Both the position numbers and the translations under genes were made by a program. The notes under the pieces were generated by a model. That model had not been told where the DNA came from and did no database searches. It worked only from the letters and a program-made list of their open reading frames with translations. From NCBI GenBank assembly GCA_965218795.1, contig OZ244653.1, forward strand, positions 4,192,001-4,256,000: DNA of 64,000 nt. The letters run 5' to 3'. The stretch is from a bacterium. Lineage in GTDB: Bacteria; UBA8248; JACPRG01; G963555815. This document shows, in pieces, positions 30,284 to 39,487 of the stretch. The first letter of the stretch is position 1, and the number at the start of each line of letters is the position of its first letter.

Positions 30284-32059
30284 GTGGTGACGGGGAGAGA
30301 TGGGGTGAAATCACGCCGCCTCCGAGAATTCGCGCGCGGTCTCACATGGATCGTCTTGGCATGGGTCCTGGCCGCCTGTTCCCCCGTGGTCCTGCCTTCC
30401 CCGCCTTCGAGGGGTTCGCCCCCCCCCGACGTTCCTGCCGGCTTTACCGAACTGGCCGCGCGGCTCCGTCCGTCCGTTGTCCATATCAGCGCTCACAAAG
30501 CGGAAGGCCCGCTCCGGAGCGGGCAGAAGCCGAGGGGGTTGGCCACCGATCTCCGTGAATTTTTCGATCGGTTTTTCGGACCCCGGGGAGAGTCGGATCC
30601 CGAAGAGGGGAAGGGGAACGAAGAATTCCGGCGTGAGGGGACGGGAACCGGATTCCTGATTGGCGGCAGGGGCGAAATCCTGACCAATCATCACGTCGTC
30701 GAAGGGGCCGGCCGGATCCGCGTCCGGCTCTATCGGGGCGAATGGCTGGACGCCCGCCTGATCGGCGCGGACCCGCGCACGGATCTGGCTCTCCTTGAGA
30801 TACGCGCCAAACGTTCCCTGGCTGGCGCGCCGCTCGGAGATTCGGCGAAGGCCCGGGTGGGCGAGTGGGTCGTGGCAATCGGCAATCCCTTCGGGCTGGA
30901 GGAGACGGTCACGGTCGGTATCCTGAGTGCGAAGGGCCGAATCCTCGATAGTTCGGAATTCAGCGCATTCCTCCAGACGGACGCCCCCATTCATCGGGGA
31001 AACAGCGGCGGGCCGCTCCTCAATCTCCGCGGCGAGGTCATCGGAGTCAACACGGCCGTGGTCACGGGAGTGCCCGGCATCGGCTTTGCCATACCGATCA
31101 ACCTGGTCCGGCGTCTGCTTCCGGACCTCCGGCTGTTCGGGCATGTCCGCCGGGGATGGATCGGCGTGGCGATTCAGGACGTCGCCCCGGAATTGGCCCG
31201 ATACTTCAAGCTTTCCGGTGCCGGTGGGGTGCTGATTACACATGTGCAGGAGAAGGGACCGGCCGAGGAGGCCGGCCTGCGGCCGGGGGACATCATCCTG
31301 TCGATGGACGGGGGTGACCTCAAAGGCACGCCGGATTTCGAACGTGCGTTGGAACGTGCCCCAATCAACATTCCGACCGACCTCCGCCTCCTGCGGGGCG
31401 GGAAGGCTCTGAAGGTGCGGGTGACCACCCGAGAACTGCGGGAACCTCCGCCGATATCCACCAGCCGGACCCAACCCGGCCGGCTTGCGCATCCCCCCCT
31501 GGGGCTGCGCCTTCAATCACTCACCCCTTCCCTCGCCAGCCGGATGGGGATCGATGATCCGGCGGGGCTCGTTGTGGCGGATGTCGAGACGGAAGGCCCC
31601 GCAGACCGGGCTGGAATTCGACGAGGCGACATCATCCGCTTGATCAATATGCAGGCAGTCCGATCCGAACGTGGCGTTCAGGAAATTCTCCGCGCCCTGA
31701 AGGGGAGACAGACCCTGTTCCTGATCCAGCGGGGAGACCGGCGATTCTTTGTTCTTCTCCGCCGCCAATCCGGCACGGCAAAGCCCCCCAAAACGACAGG
31801 GGCGCAACAATTCCTCGGCACCGACACGCCCAAGGGGTTCATCCCCCCGCCGCCGCTCCATCCGAAGGACACCCGGCTGAAGACCCAAAATCTCGCCGAA
31901 GGCGCGTACGCTCTGCTATCCGGCAAGCCCGGCGTAGACAACAGCGGGTTCATCATCCCAGGCGCGACGAAATCCCTGCGGCACGTTGCCGCCCGCCCTT
32001 TTCACTGCTTGCGGTATCAATTCGGATTCAGGGTGTGTAAACTTTCGTCCCCGGCTTGA
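30284..32059 (+). CDS. HtrA/DegP serine protease with 2 PDZ domains; lipobox-like signal; aberrant ~100-aa C-terminal extension
   Basis: VLAAC lipobox-like; TNHHVV, TDLALL and GNSGGPL triad; two GPA..AG PDZ repeats; start uncertain. Confidence 0.9.
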   Translation: MVTGRDGVKSRRLREFARGLTWIVLAWVLAACSPVVLPSPPSRGSPPPDVPAGFTELAARLRPSVVHISAHKAEGPLRSGQKPRGLATDLREFFDRFFGPRGESDPEEGKGNEEFRREGTGTGFLIGGRGEILTNHHVVEGAGRIRVRLYRGEWLDARLIGADPRTDLALLEIRAKRSLAGAPLGDSAKARVGEWVVAIGNPFGLEETVTVGILSAKGRILDSSEFSAFLQTDAPIHRGNSGGPLLNLRGEVIGVNTAVVTGVPGIGFAIPINLVRRLLPDLRLFGHVRRGWIGVAIQDVAPELARYFKLSGAGGVLITHVQEKGPAEEAGLRPGDIILSMDGGDLKGTPDFERALERAPINIPTDLRLLRGGKALKVRVTTRELREPPPISTSRTQPGRLAHPPLGLRLQSLTPSLASRMGIDDPAGLVVADVETEGPADRAGIRRGDIIRLINMQAVRSERGVQEILRALKGRQTLFLIQRGDRRFFVLLRRQSGTAKPPKTTGAQQFLGTDTPKGFIPPPPLHPKDTRLKTQNLAEGAYALLSGKPGVDNSGFIIPGATKSLRHVAARPFHCLRYQFGFRVCKLSSPA

Positions 32060-33161
32060 AGGCGAACCATGAAAACGCGAAGTGGTTGCCGTGGAGAACC
32101 GGGGTCAGCCGGCTGCCTTTGAGCCGCCCTCCGATCGCCCGCCCCAGGATGTCCCAGCGGCTTCCCGTCTCCTTGTCCGTAATGCCGTCCTTCGCGGATT
32201 GGAATGTCAGTTTCTTCCCGTTCAGGTTCGGGTCGAACACGCCCGTTGCGCCCACGTCTCTGGACTTGGCAATGCTGCTTCCGTCCAGGGCGGAGGTGGC
32301 CCCGTCGGAGTGAAACACCACCACGTCCCGCCCGCCCACCTTGTCGTGGACGACCCGTTTTTTTGACAGGACGGAGTAGGGATAGGCCTTGTCGTTCTTT
32401 CCGATCGTCACGGCCACGACCCGCTCCATCGGTGGCAGGCGATCATCCTTCGGCCCCCTGTAGAGGAAGGGAATGCTCCGGATATCGTCATAGCCGGTAT
32501 AGGGGTTCCGGCCGTAGGCCCGCGTGAACCCGGTCTTGCGCGAGAGCACGCTGCCGCCGGGATGGGCTTTCTTGAAGTGTCCGTAGCCGACGATTGAGGC
32601 GGGCACCATGCTCAGTTGTTTTCCGAGCAGGTCGCCGATGATGGCCTCGCCCGTGAACTGTTGCCACCAGGACTCGGTCTGGCGGTCGTACATGACCAGA
32701 TCGCTCATCCTGAGCTTGCCGGTCGTCCCAAAATCGAGGAGACGCCCGTCGATCCTGCGGTCGAAGGCGATGGCCGCGTTGCACAGGGGGCAGAACGTCA
32801 CGGAAACCGGAAGGCCGTTCAACCGATCGTTGACGATCTCATGCCAGGTCAGGATCTGAAGCGGATAGGCGCGGGCCTCTCCCTTGTGCTCGACGACGAC
32901 GACCGGCTCGATGTTCTTGAGCCACTTGTCGGCCTCTTTCTGGGAGACGAATTTCGGGTTGTCGACAGCCGGGATGCCGTCCTTGGGCGGGCCGCCCGAC
33001 ATGATTTCTTCATAGGGAACCGAGTGTTTTTTGAAGTTGGTCTTCCACCCCCAGGCGGAGAAAAGCGGTTTCTCGCTGGCGGCGCGCGCGAGGTCAACGG
33101 CGGGATCCGCCGCCCATCCCACCCATGCGGCCAGCATCAACATCCAGAGCAGTCTCAACAT
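32028..33161 (-). CDS. DUF3179 family exported protein (Cys form, CPLC)
   Basis: Signal peptide; SGGPPKDGIPA, ARAYP...WHEIVND, VTFCPLC, MYDRQTESWWQQ and FSWFAF motifs. Confidence 0.88.
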   Translation of the reverse strand: MLRLLWMLMLAAWVGWAADPAVDLARAASEKPLFSAWGWKTNFKKHSVPYEEIMSGGPPKDGIPAVDNPKFVSQKEADKWLKNIEPVVVVEHKGEARAYPLQILTWHEIVNDRLNGLPVSVTFCPLCNAAIAFDRRIDGRLLDFGTTGKLRMSDLVMYDRQTESWWQQFTGEAIIGDLLGKQLSMVPASIVGYGHFKKAHPGGSVLSRKTGFTRAYGRNPYTGYDDIRSIPFLYRGPKDDRLPPMERVVAVTIGKNDKAYPYSVLSKKRVVHDKVGGRDVVVFHSDGATSALDGSSIAKSRDVGATGVFDPNLNGKKLTFQSAKDGITDKETGSRWDILGRAIGGRLKGSRLTPVLHGNHFAFSWFAFKPGTKVYTP

Positions 33162-33263
33162 TGAATGTCTCCCGTTCCAGAAAGGACTCCTCCGAGGGGC
33201 GCGTATCCGTATACCGCCCATCAGCGGGAATCACCCATTGCGAGTGATAACCGGAGGGATGGT

Positions 33264-33916
33264 TCAATGATTCCCGGCGGAAGGACCGGGATCATCGGCC
33301 AGCAGTTCTTCGACGACGGCCTCGTACACTTCGGCGGGTTGCGCGCCGACGGCCCGGTGCCCGTCGGGCAGCACAATGGTCGGCGTGGAGCAGATCCCCT
33401 GTCCGGCCTCCTCCTCATGGTCCCGCCAGACGGCTTTTTCCAGGTTCCCGTTCCGGTCAAGGTCCTCGAACCGGGGGACGTCCAGGTCCAAGCGAGGCTG
33501 ATCAGGACATCGTCATCGGCGATGTTGAGGCAGTCGACCAAGTGGGCCTCCTCAATCCGCTCCACATAGCGCGCCTTGGCCTCCGGCCCCTGGACCGCCG
33601 CGGCCTTGATACCGACGGAGCCGGGCATGGAGTAAGGATAGGAAAAATCTCGGGTGGCCATGAGCTCGGGATTCACCCGCTCTCCGCCGGGGCGGGACTT
33701 GACCATGGTCCAGTGACCGAGGATATCCTCCTTTCGGTGGGAAATGCCTTCCGCCGTCGGCGAAAGGAGGAGCGTCTTGTAGGTGATCCGGAGCTGATCC
33801 CCATATATCTTTTTCAGTTCGTGCAACCGCCCGGTCGCCAGAAAGCACCAGGATCAGTGGACGCACTGAAAGTAGATCAAATTCGCCGTCCCGGCCAATG
33901 GACGTCTCCCTTTCAT
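33264..33916 (-). pseudogene. DsbA/FrnE-like thioredoxin-fold selenoprotein (CVH-U-SWC) with a frameshift near 33490
   Basis: In-frame TGA at 33856-33854 in LIYFQCVH*SWCF; later KAAAVQG, NIADDDVL; C-terminal GICSTPTIV (cis-Pro) and GAQP lie in a different frame; start is ATG 33916 or TTG 33898. Confidence 0.8.
33823..33838 (-). promoter_or_regulatory. Putative SECIS hairpin for the DsbA-like selenoprotein
   Basis: Minus strand GCGACC-GGGC-GGTTGC; loop starts 22 nt downstream of the UGA. Confidence 0.6.
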
Positions 33917-34164
33917 GGATTGTCGGTGGGATATGATGGGTCGTCTGATGCTACTGATTAACCTATCAGCCCGCATGAGGGGATTCAAGACGGCGCCCCG
34001 CTGATTCGGACAGGTTTATGAAGACCTCCCCCGACATCCCGGGCTGGGGCCTCCCGGTCCTTTGAGAAGGCGTCCGCCGGCCGTAAGCTTGAGGGTCTTG
34101 CGAGAATGGCCCAAATTGGTGCAGAGGGCCGAGGACGTAGGAGAACGGAATCGGAGCGGCCGGA

Positions 34165-34389
34165 ATGAGTGATAGCCCGTCCGCGGCGTCGAGGAACGTC
34201 TGGAGGGAACCCCAAACGTCCGGATCACGACTACGGGTCGATGGGATGGACTGCGCCGAAGAGGTGCGGGCCATCAAGGGAGCCCTGGGAAAAATGTCCG
34301 GGGTCGAACAGGTCCTTTGTGACCTGACGTCCGGGAAGGTCCGGGTTCGGCACGCATCGCAAACGGTGGATCCGGAGGCGATCCGCTAG
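34165..34389 (+). pseudogene. Isolated heavy-metal-associated (HMA) domain; probable remnant of a Cd/Zn P-type ATPase
   Basis: LRVDGMDCAEE motif typical of the N-terminus of CadA-type ATPases; stops after 74 aa. Confidence 0.65.
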
Positions 34390-34409
34390 ATCTTTCAGGA
34401 TCGGAACCC

Positions 34410-34994
34410 ATGAAAAATATCGCGGTGATCGGCTGGGGTTCTTTGATCTGGTCTCCGGGGCGCTTGGAGCTTCAATCAGGATGGCGTCGGGACGGGCCGC
34501 TTTTGCCGGTCGAATTTGCCCGCGTATCTCAGGATGGAAGGCTGACTCTCGTCATCGTGGAATCCGACGAGGTGGATGAGCAGCGTGCGCTGTGGGCGTT
34601 GAGTGGGTTTTCAGATATTGAGAGCGCCATTGAAAATCTCCGCGCGCGCGAGCGCACCACAATGGAGTGGATCGGGAATTGGGATGGGCAACCGAAGCCC
34701 CGCACTGATATTGAAGGGAAAATTGCCGGATGGTGTGAAGAAAGGACGCTGGAGGGGGCTGTCTGGGCTGCTTTGCCTCCTCGAGACAAGAATGGGAATA
34801 AGGGAAAGGTGATGCCCCACGCGGAAGCGATAAAGTATCTGAACGATTTGGATGGCGATTGCCGAGAGCGGGCGAAAGAATACATTCAAAAAGCGCCCAA
34901 CCAGATCAATACAAAAATGCGTCAGCTTGTTCGTTCGCAGCTCGGCTGGCTAGACTTGCCTTCGGCGACATCGTTGTTTGAAGATCCCGCTTGA
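34410..34994 (+). CDS. Hypothetical protein, gamma-glutamylcyclotransferase-like N-terminus
   Basis: IAVIGWGSLIW, GPLLPVEFARVS.DGRLTLV and LRARE motifs; more AT-rich codon usage. Confidence 0.7.
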   Translation: MKNIAVIGWGSLIWSPGRLELQSGWRRDGPLLPVEFARVSQDGRLTLVIVESDEVDEQRALWALSGFSDIESAIENLRARERTTMEWIGNWDGQPKPRTDIEGKIAGWCEERTLEGAVWAALPPRDKNGNKGKVMPHAEAIKYLNDLDGDCRERAKEYIQKAPNQINTKMRQLVRSQLGWLDLPSATSLFEDPA

Positions 34995-35204
34995 AGGTAT
35001 GGAGAGTGATCACGCCGGTTCTCTGGATTCATCAATTTTTGAGAACGCGGTCGTTTTTGATTTGCGCAACTTCCGATTGAGGGCCAGGAGCGGCGTGTCC
35101 GCCGGCGCCGCTCGATACATCGTAAGGGCGCAACATGCGGCGCCCTGACCCTCATTTCCGATCATCGACAACAGACATGGAAAATATTCGAAATCAATCG
35201 GAGA

Positions 35205-36968
35205 TTGAGATTGCTCAACGCCGAAATCGCCGAAATCTTCGAGGCCATTGGGGACCTCCTGGAGCTCAAGGGAGAGAACCGGTTCCGGGTGATCGCCTAC
35301 CGCCGCGCTGGACAGACCCTCCGGGACCTCTCCGAGCCCGTCGAGGCCGTGGCCGAACGCGATGAGCTGGATTCCCTTTCCGGGGTCGGCAAAGACCTGG
35401 CGCAGAAGATCCGCGATTACATCGAAGCGAAACACATCAAGCAGTACGACGAGCTGAAGGCCGAGTTCCCCGAAGGCATCCTGGACCTTCTCCGCATCCC
35501 CGGTCTCGGCCCCAAGACCCTCGCGCTCATCTACAACGAACTGGGCGTGGGAAGCGGTGATGATCTTCTGGCCGCCATCGAAGACGGCCGCCTCATCGAG
35601 CTGCCTGGAATCCAGGAGAAAACCCTCGAAAACATCCACAAGGGCCTTGCTTTCATCGCTTCCAGCGGGGGCCGGCGACTGCTGGGGGAAGTGCTCCCGC
35701 CAGTGGAGGACCTGCTTCGGGCCGTGCGGAGGATCCCCGGCGTCAAACGGGCCGAGACGGCCGGTTCCCTGCGCCGCATGCAGGAGACCATCGGCGACGT
35801 GGATATCCTGTCTGCTCTCAAACCTGTCGCCAAGGGAAAAGGGCCGAAGGGCAAGGATGTCGTCAAGGCGTTCACCGAGCTTCCACAGGTCGCCGAGGTC
35901 TTGGCTCAGGGGGACACCAAGGGGAGCGTCCGCCTGGGCGACAAGCTTCAGGTGGATCTCCGCGTTGTCGACGAGGACGAATTCGGCGCGGCCCTGCAAT
36001 ACTTCACCGGTTCCAAGGCGCATAACGTCAGGGTCCGGGGGCTGGCACGACAGATGGGACTCAAGATCAATGAGTACGGCGTATTCAAGGGAAAAAAGAA
36101 AATCGCGGGCAAGACGGAGGAAGAAGTCTACGCCGCCCTCGGCCTCCCCCTGTTCGAACCGGAACTCCGGGAGGACCGGGGGGAAGTGGAGGCCGCCCGG
36201 GCCGGCAAATCGAAGCGGGGCAAGCTCCCGAAGCTCGTAACGCTGAAGGACCTCAGGGGCGAGATCCACGTCCATACCGAATGGAGCGACGGAGAGGGCG
36301 CCCTCGAGGAGGTGGCCCTCCAGGCCAAGGCCGCGGGATGCGAATACGTGGCGCTCACGGACCACTCGGTCACCGAACGCATCGCCAACGGCCTGAGCGT
36401 CGAGCGGATGTGGAAGAAGATCGAGGCGGTCGAAGCCCTCAACAAGAAACGGATCGGCATCGAGGTCTTCAAAGCCGCGGAGGTGGATATCCTCTCGGGC
36501 GGGAAGCTCGATTACCCAGACGACCTGCTCGAAGCCCTCGATGTCGTCGTGGCCTCGGTCCACAGCGGGTTCAAGCAGACCTCCGACAAGATGACGGGCC
36601 GGATCGTGGACGCGCTGGATCATCCCCGCGTGCATGTTCTCGGCCACCCCACCGGACGACTGATCAACGCCCGGGAGCCTTACGCAGTGGACCTCGACCG
36701 CGTCATGGCCAAGGCGGCGGAGCGGGGCGTCGCCCTGGAGATCAACGGCTCCTACCAGAGGCTGGACCTGTCGGACGTTCACGCGCGGAGGGGGCTGGAG
36801 CTGGGCGCGATTCTCTGTCTGTCCACTGACGCCCACCGGCTGGCGGCTGTCGGACGATTCGAGTTGGCCGTGGCCACCGCCCGACGCGCATGGGTCCAAA
36901 AATCCGACGTGCTGAACGCAAAACCGCTCGCTTCCTTCAGGGAGTGGCTCGCCGAAAGGCGAGGTTGA
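35205..36968 (+). CDS. polX: DNA polymerase X / PHP 3'-5' exonuclease
   Basis: [36 protein letters not shown] motifs; PHP motifs HVHT.WSDG, TDHS, HPTGR and TDAH. Confidence 0.95.
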   Translation: MRLLNAEIAEIFEAIGDLLELKGENRFRVIAYRRAGQTLRDLSEPVEAVAERDELDSLSGVGKDLAQKIRDYIEAKHIKQYDELKAEFPEGILDLLRIPGLGPKTLALIYNELGVGSGDDLLAAIEDGRLIELPGIQEKTLENIHKGLAFIASSGGRRLLGEVLPPVEDLLRAVRRIPGVKRAETAGSLRRMQETIGDVDILSALKPVAKGKGPKGKDVVKAFTELPQVAEVLAQGDTKGSVRLGDKLQVDLRVVDEDEFGAALQYFTGSKAHNVRVRGLARQMGLKINEYGVFKGKKKIAGKTEEEVYAALGLPLFEPELREDRGEVEAARAGKSKRGKLPKLVTLKDLRGEIHVHTEWSDGEGALEEVALQAKAAGCEYVALTDHSVTERIANGLSVERMWKKIEAVEALNKKRIGIEVFKAAEVDILSGGKLDYPDDLLEALDVVVASVHSGFKQTSDKMTGRIVDALDHPRVHVLGHPTGRLINAREPYAVDLDRVMAKAAERGVALEINGSYQRLDLSDVHARRGLELGAILCLSTDAHRLAAVGRFELAVATARRAWVQKSDVLNAKPLASFREWLAERRG

Positions 36969-37016
36969 TCGCGCAAATTCCGTATCCGTGCTTGTTGGGC
37001 ACAGGAGTGACTGCCT

Positions 37017-37549
37017 GGGGGCTTCTTGAAAGACGCCCCCAGACCCCCCTTAGAACTTTTGACGGCCAAGCCGTTGGCTTGGCCTGCTCGCGGCGTGGGC
37101 GGGTCCGCTGACCACGGGTCTGCCGGCGCGGAACATGAACAATGAGGAAAGCTGTTGCGATGGAGGACCGCCCATGTACATGGGCGGTCCTCCATCGCGA
37201 AATGAAAGTTTTTGAGGGGGGTTGGGGGACAATTTTCAAAATGTCCCCCAAAACGAAAGTGGTCTCTGAAGCGAGTCGCATCATCCCTCAAGCAAGTATC
37301 ATTCGGGGGGGCTTCTTTGAAAAGCCGCCCCCCACGACCCCCCGAGAAACTTTCGACGGCCGAGCATCCGCTCGGCCTGCTCGCGTCGCGGCGTAGGCGG
37401 GTCCGCTGACCACGGGTCTGCCGGCGCGGAACATGACAATGAGGAAAGCTGTTGCGATGGAGGATTGCCCATGAACATGGGCGGTCCTCCATCGCGAGAT
37501 GAAAGTTTTTGAGGGGGGTTGGGGGGACAATTTTCAAAATGTCCCCCCA
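37017..37549. repeat. Two tandem ~240-bp composite palindromic repeat units (REPIN-like)
   Basis: Units ~37017-37250 and ~37305-37549 share long identical stretches; perfect 42-bp palindrome at 37157-37198; related arms at ~39296-39320 and ~41537-41575. Confidence 0.88.
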
Positions 37550-37663
37550 TAATCCCAAGTATTATTCCAAGGGCGGCTTTTCAGAAAAGTCCCTCTGGAT
37601 GTGAGCTTGGAATGTCGTTTTTTCCTCTCATGGAAGCGAGCGATGACTGAGGAGGATTCTGCT

Positions 37664-39058
37664 TTGTCGGACATGCAAATCATCGGCGGGGGGACGGTCT
37701 TGACGCTGGACCCGGAGCGGAGAGTCATTGAAGACGGCGCTGTGGCCGTTGAGAGCGATCGGATCCTGGCCGTCGGAAAAACGGCCGCGTTGCGGGCGGA
37801 GCATCCGGAAGCTGAGGTGATGGACGTCGGGGGCGACATCATCATGCCGGGCCTCGTGGACGCCCACGTCCATCTCGCCCAGGCATTGCTTCGCGGTTGT
37901 GCGGACGACCTGACGCTCATCCCCTGGCTCACCGAGCGGGTCTGGATGCTTCAAGGATGTTTTGACGAGGAGGACGGGCGGACGAGCGCGGAGCTTTGCA
38001 TGCTGGAGATGCTCCGGTCTGGAACGACTGCTTTTGTGGAGACCCTGATTGCGGGACGTTACGGCCCGGACGGCATCGCCGAGACCGTCGAGCGGTGCGG
38101 GATCCGCGCGGGGTTGGCCAAATCCATCATGGATGTGGCCACGTACGCCGAGAGTCCCGTGCCCATGTTCGAGGGGATGATCGAGGACAAGGAGACCACC
38201 TTCCGGCAGGCCCGGGAACTGTACGGGAAATGGCACGGGAAAGCCGACGGCCGCATTCAGGTCTGGCTGGGGCCCCGGACCCTGGGCGGAACCACCCCGG
38301 AATGTCTGCGGGAAGTAGCGGCGCTGGCCCGGGATCTGGGCATCCGGATGAACATTCATTTTTGCGAGGTCCGGGAGGACGTCAAATTCATCCGTGAGCA
38401 GTATAACCGCCGTCCCACGGAATTGTTTGAAGAGCTGGGGCTCTTGGGGCCGGAGATGATGCTCATCCATTGCGTCTGGCTCGACGACGAAGACATCGAC
38501 GCCATCGCGCGGACCGGCACCCAGGTCGCGCACAACCCGGCATCCAACAGCAAGCTCGGCTCCGGCGTCGCCCCCGTTGACAAGATGCTGGAGGCGGGGA
38601 TCAACGTCGCCCTGGGATGCGACGGAGGGCCGAGCGACAACAACTACGACATGGTTCTGGAGATGCGGCTGGCCTCGTATATTCATAAAGTCAACCGGCT
38701 GGACCCGACCGTGACGCCCGCGGAGACCGTTCTCGAGATGGCAACCTTGGGCGGCGCGCGGGCCATGGGCTTGGAGGACGAAATCGGCTCGCTGGAGACC
38801 GGGAAAAAGGTCGACCTGGTCGTTCTGGACGTGCACAGGCCCCATATCGTCCCCTGTCCGGACCCCGTATCGGCCGTGGTTTGCGCCGCCCGGGGGGACG
38901 ATGTCCAACACGTCATGATCGACGGAAAGTGGGTCGTGCGGGACGAGAGCGTTCTGACCCTGGATGAGCAGGAGGTTTTGGAGCGCGCGGCCGAGCGGGC
39001 CAGAAGGCTTTACGAAAGGGCCGGCGTTGAGGTTCGGCCCAGATGGCCGGTGGTTTGA
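37664..39058 (+). CDS. MTA/SAH/5'-deoxyadenosine deaminase-like (TRZ/ATZ) amidohydrolase
   Basis: PGLVDAHVH, SGTT, IHFCE, IHCVW, HNPASNSKLGSG, LGCDG and MATLGGARA motifs; GAGGAGG RBS before TTG 37664. Confidence 0.9.
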   Translation: MSDMQIIGGGTVLTLDPERRVIEDGAVAVESDRILAVGKTAALRAEHPEAEVMDVGGDIIMPGLVDAHVHLAQALLRGCADDLTLIPWLTERVWMLQGCFDEEDGRTSAELCMLEMLRSGTTAFVETLIAGRYGPDGIAETVERCGIRAGLAKSIMDVATYAESPVPMFEGMIEDKETTFRQARELYGKWHGKADGRIQVWLGPRTLGGTTPECLREVAALARDLGIRMNIHFCEVREDVKFIREQYNRRPTELFEELGLLGPEMMLIHCVWLDDEDIDAIARTGTQVAHNPASNSKLGSGVAPVDKMLEAGINVALGCDGGPSDNNYDMVLEMRLASYIHKVNRLDPTVTPAETVLEMATLGGARAMGLEDEIGSLETGKKVDLVVLDVHRPHIVPCPDPVSAVVCAARGDDVQHVMIDGKWVVRDESVLTLDEQEVLERAAERARRLYERAGVEVRPRWPVV

Positions 39059-39396
39059 GCAGAAGGGGAATGCGTCCTTTCGCGGCGGCAACGTGCCGAG
39101 GCGTTCTTGTTGCACAAAGCGCGGCAAGTGAGCGGGTGCCCCTATCCACACGGGTTCGTTCTTAAGGGGACAAGCCCCGCGGGAATGACAGACAAGCCCC
39201 GCGCACAACCGCCCGTCATTCCTGCCCCCGCCTGATCCCTTCGGGGACAGGCTCAATTCGGTCACCCCTGCGCGCCTCTGGGCAGGGGGCTCCACAACCC
39301 CCCTTAAAAACTTCCATCGCAACAACTTTCCTCTAAGTATGGTGTCCCCGGAATGGGTCCCGTGAGTTGAATGGCCCGGCGCTTGACGCCCAGGGG

Positions 39397-39428
39397 AAAA
39401 AAGAAGGCCCCTCTTTCGAGGGGCCTTC
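39397..39428 (-). terminator. Intrinsic terminator of the NCS2 permease gene
   Basis: Minus strand GAAGGCCCCTC-GAAA-GAGGGGCCTTC then TTTTTT: 11-bp perfect stem with GNRA loop. Confidence 0.88.
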
Positions 39429-39487
39429 CTGCGGGTTCGGTCGATCCGGACGGGCGACGCCCCCACCCGGATTTACGGGATGGGGGC

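Noticed and set aside
32028-33161. DUF3179 as a third selenoprotein
   Set aside because: Active-site motif is CPLC with no in-frame TGA
37017-37549. Possible CRISPR array
   Set aside because: Only two long units, no short repeats with unique spacers, and no cas genes
36779-37558. Several ORFs with internally repeated peptides
   Set aside because: They are translations of the non-coding tandem repeat
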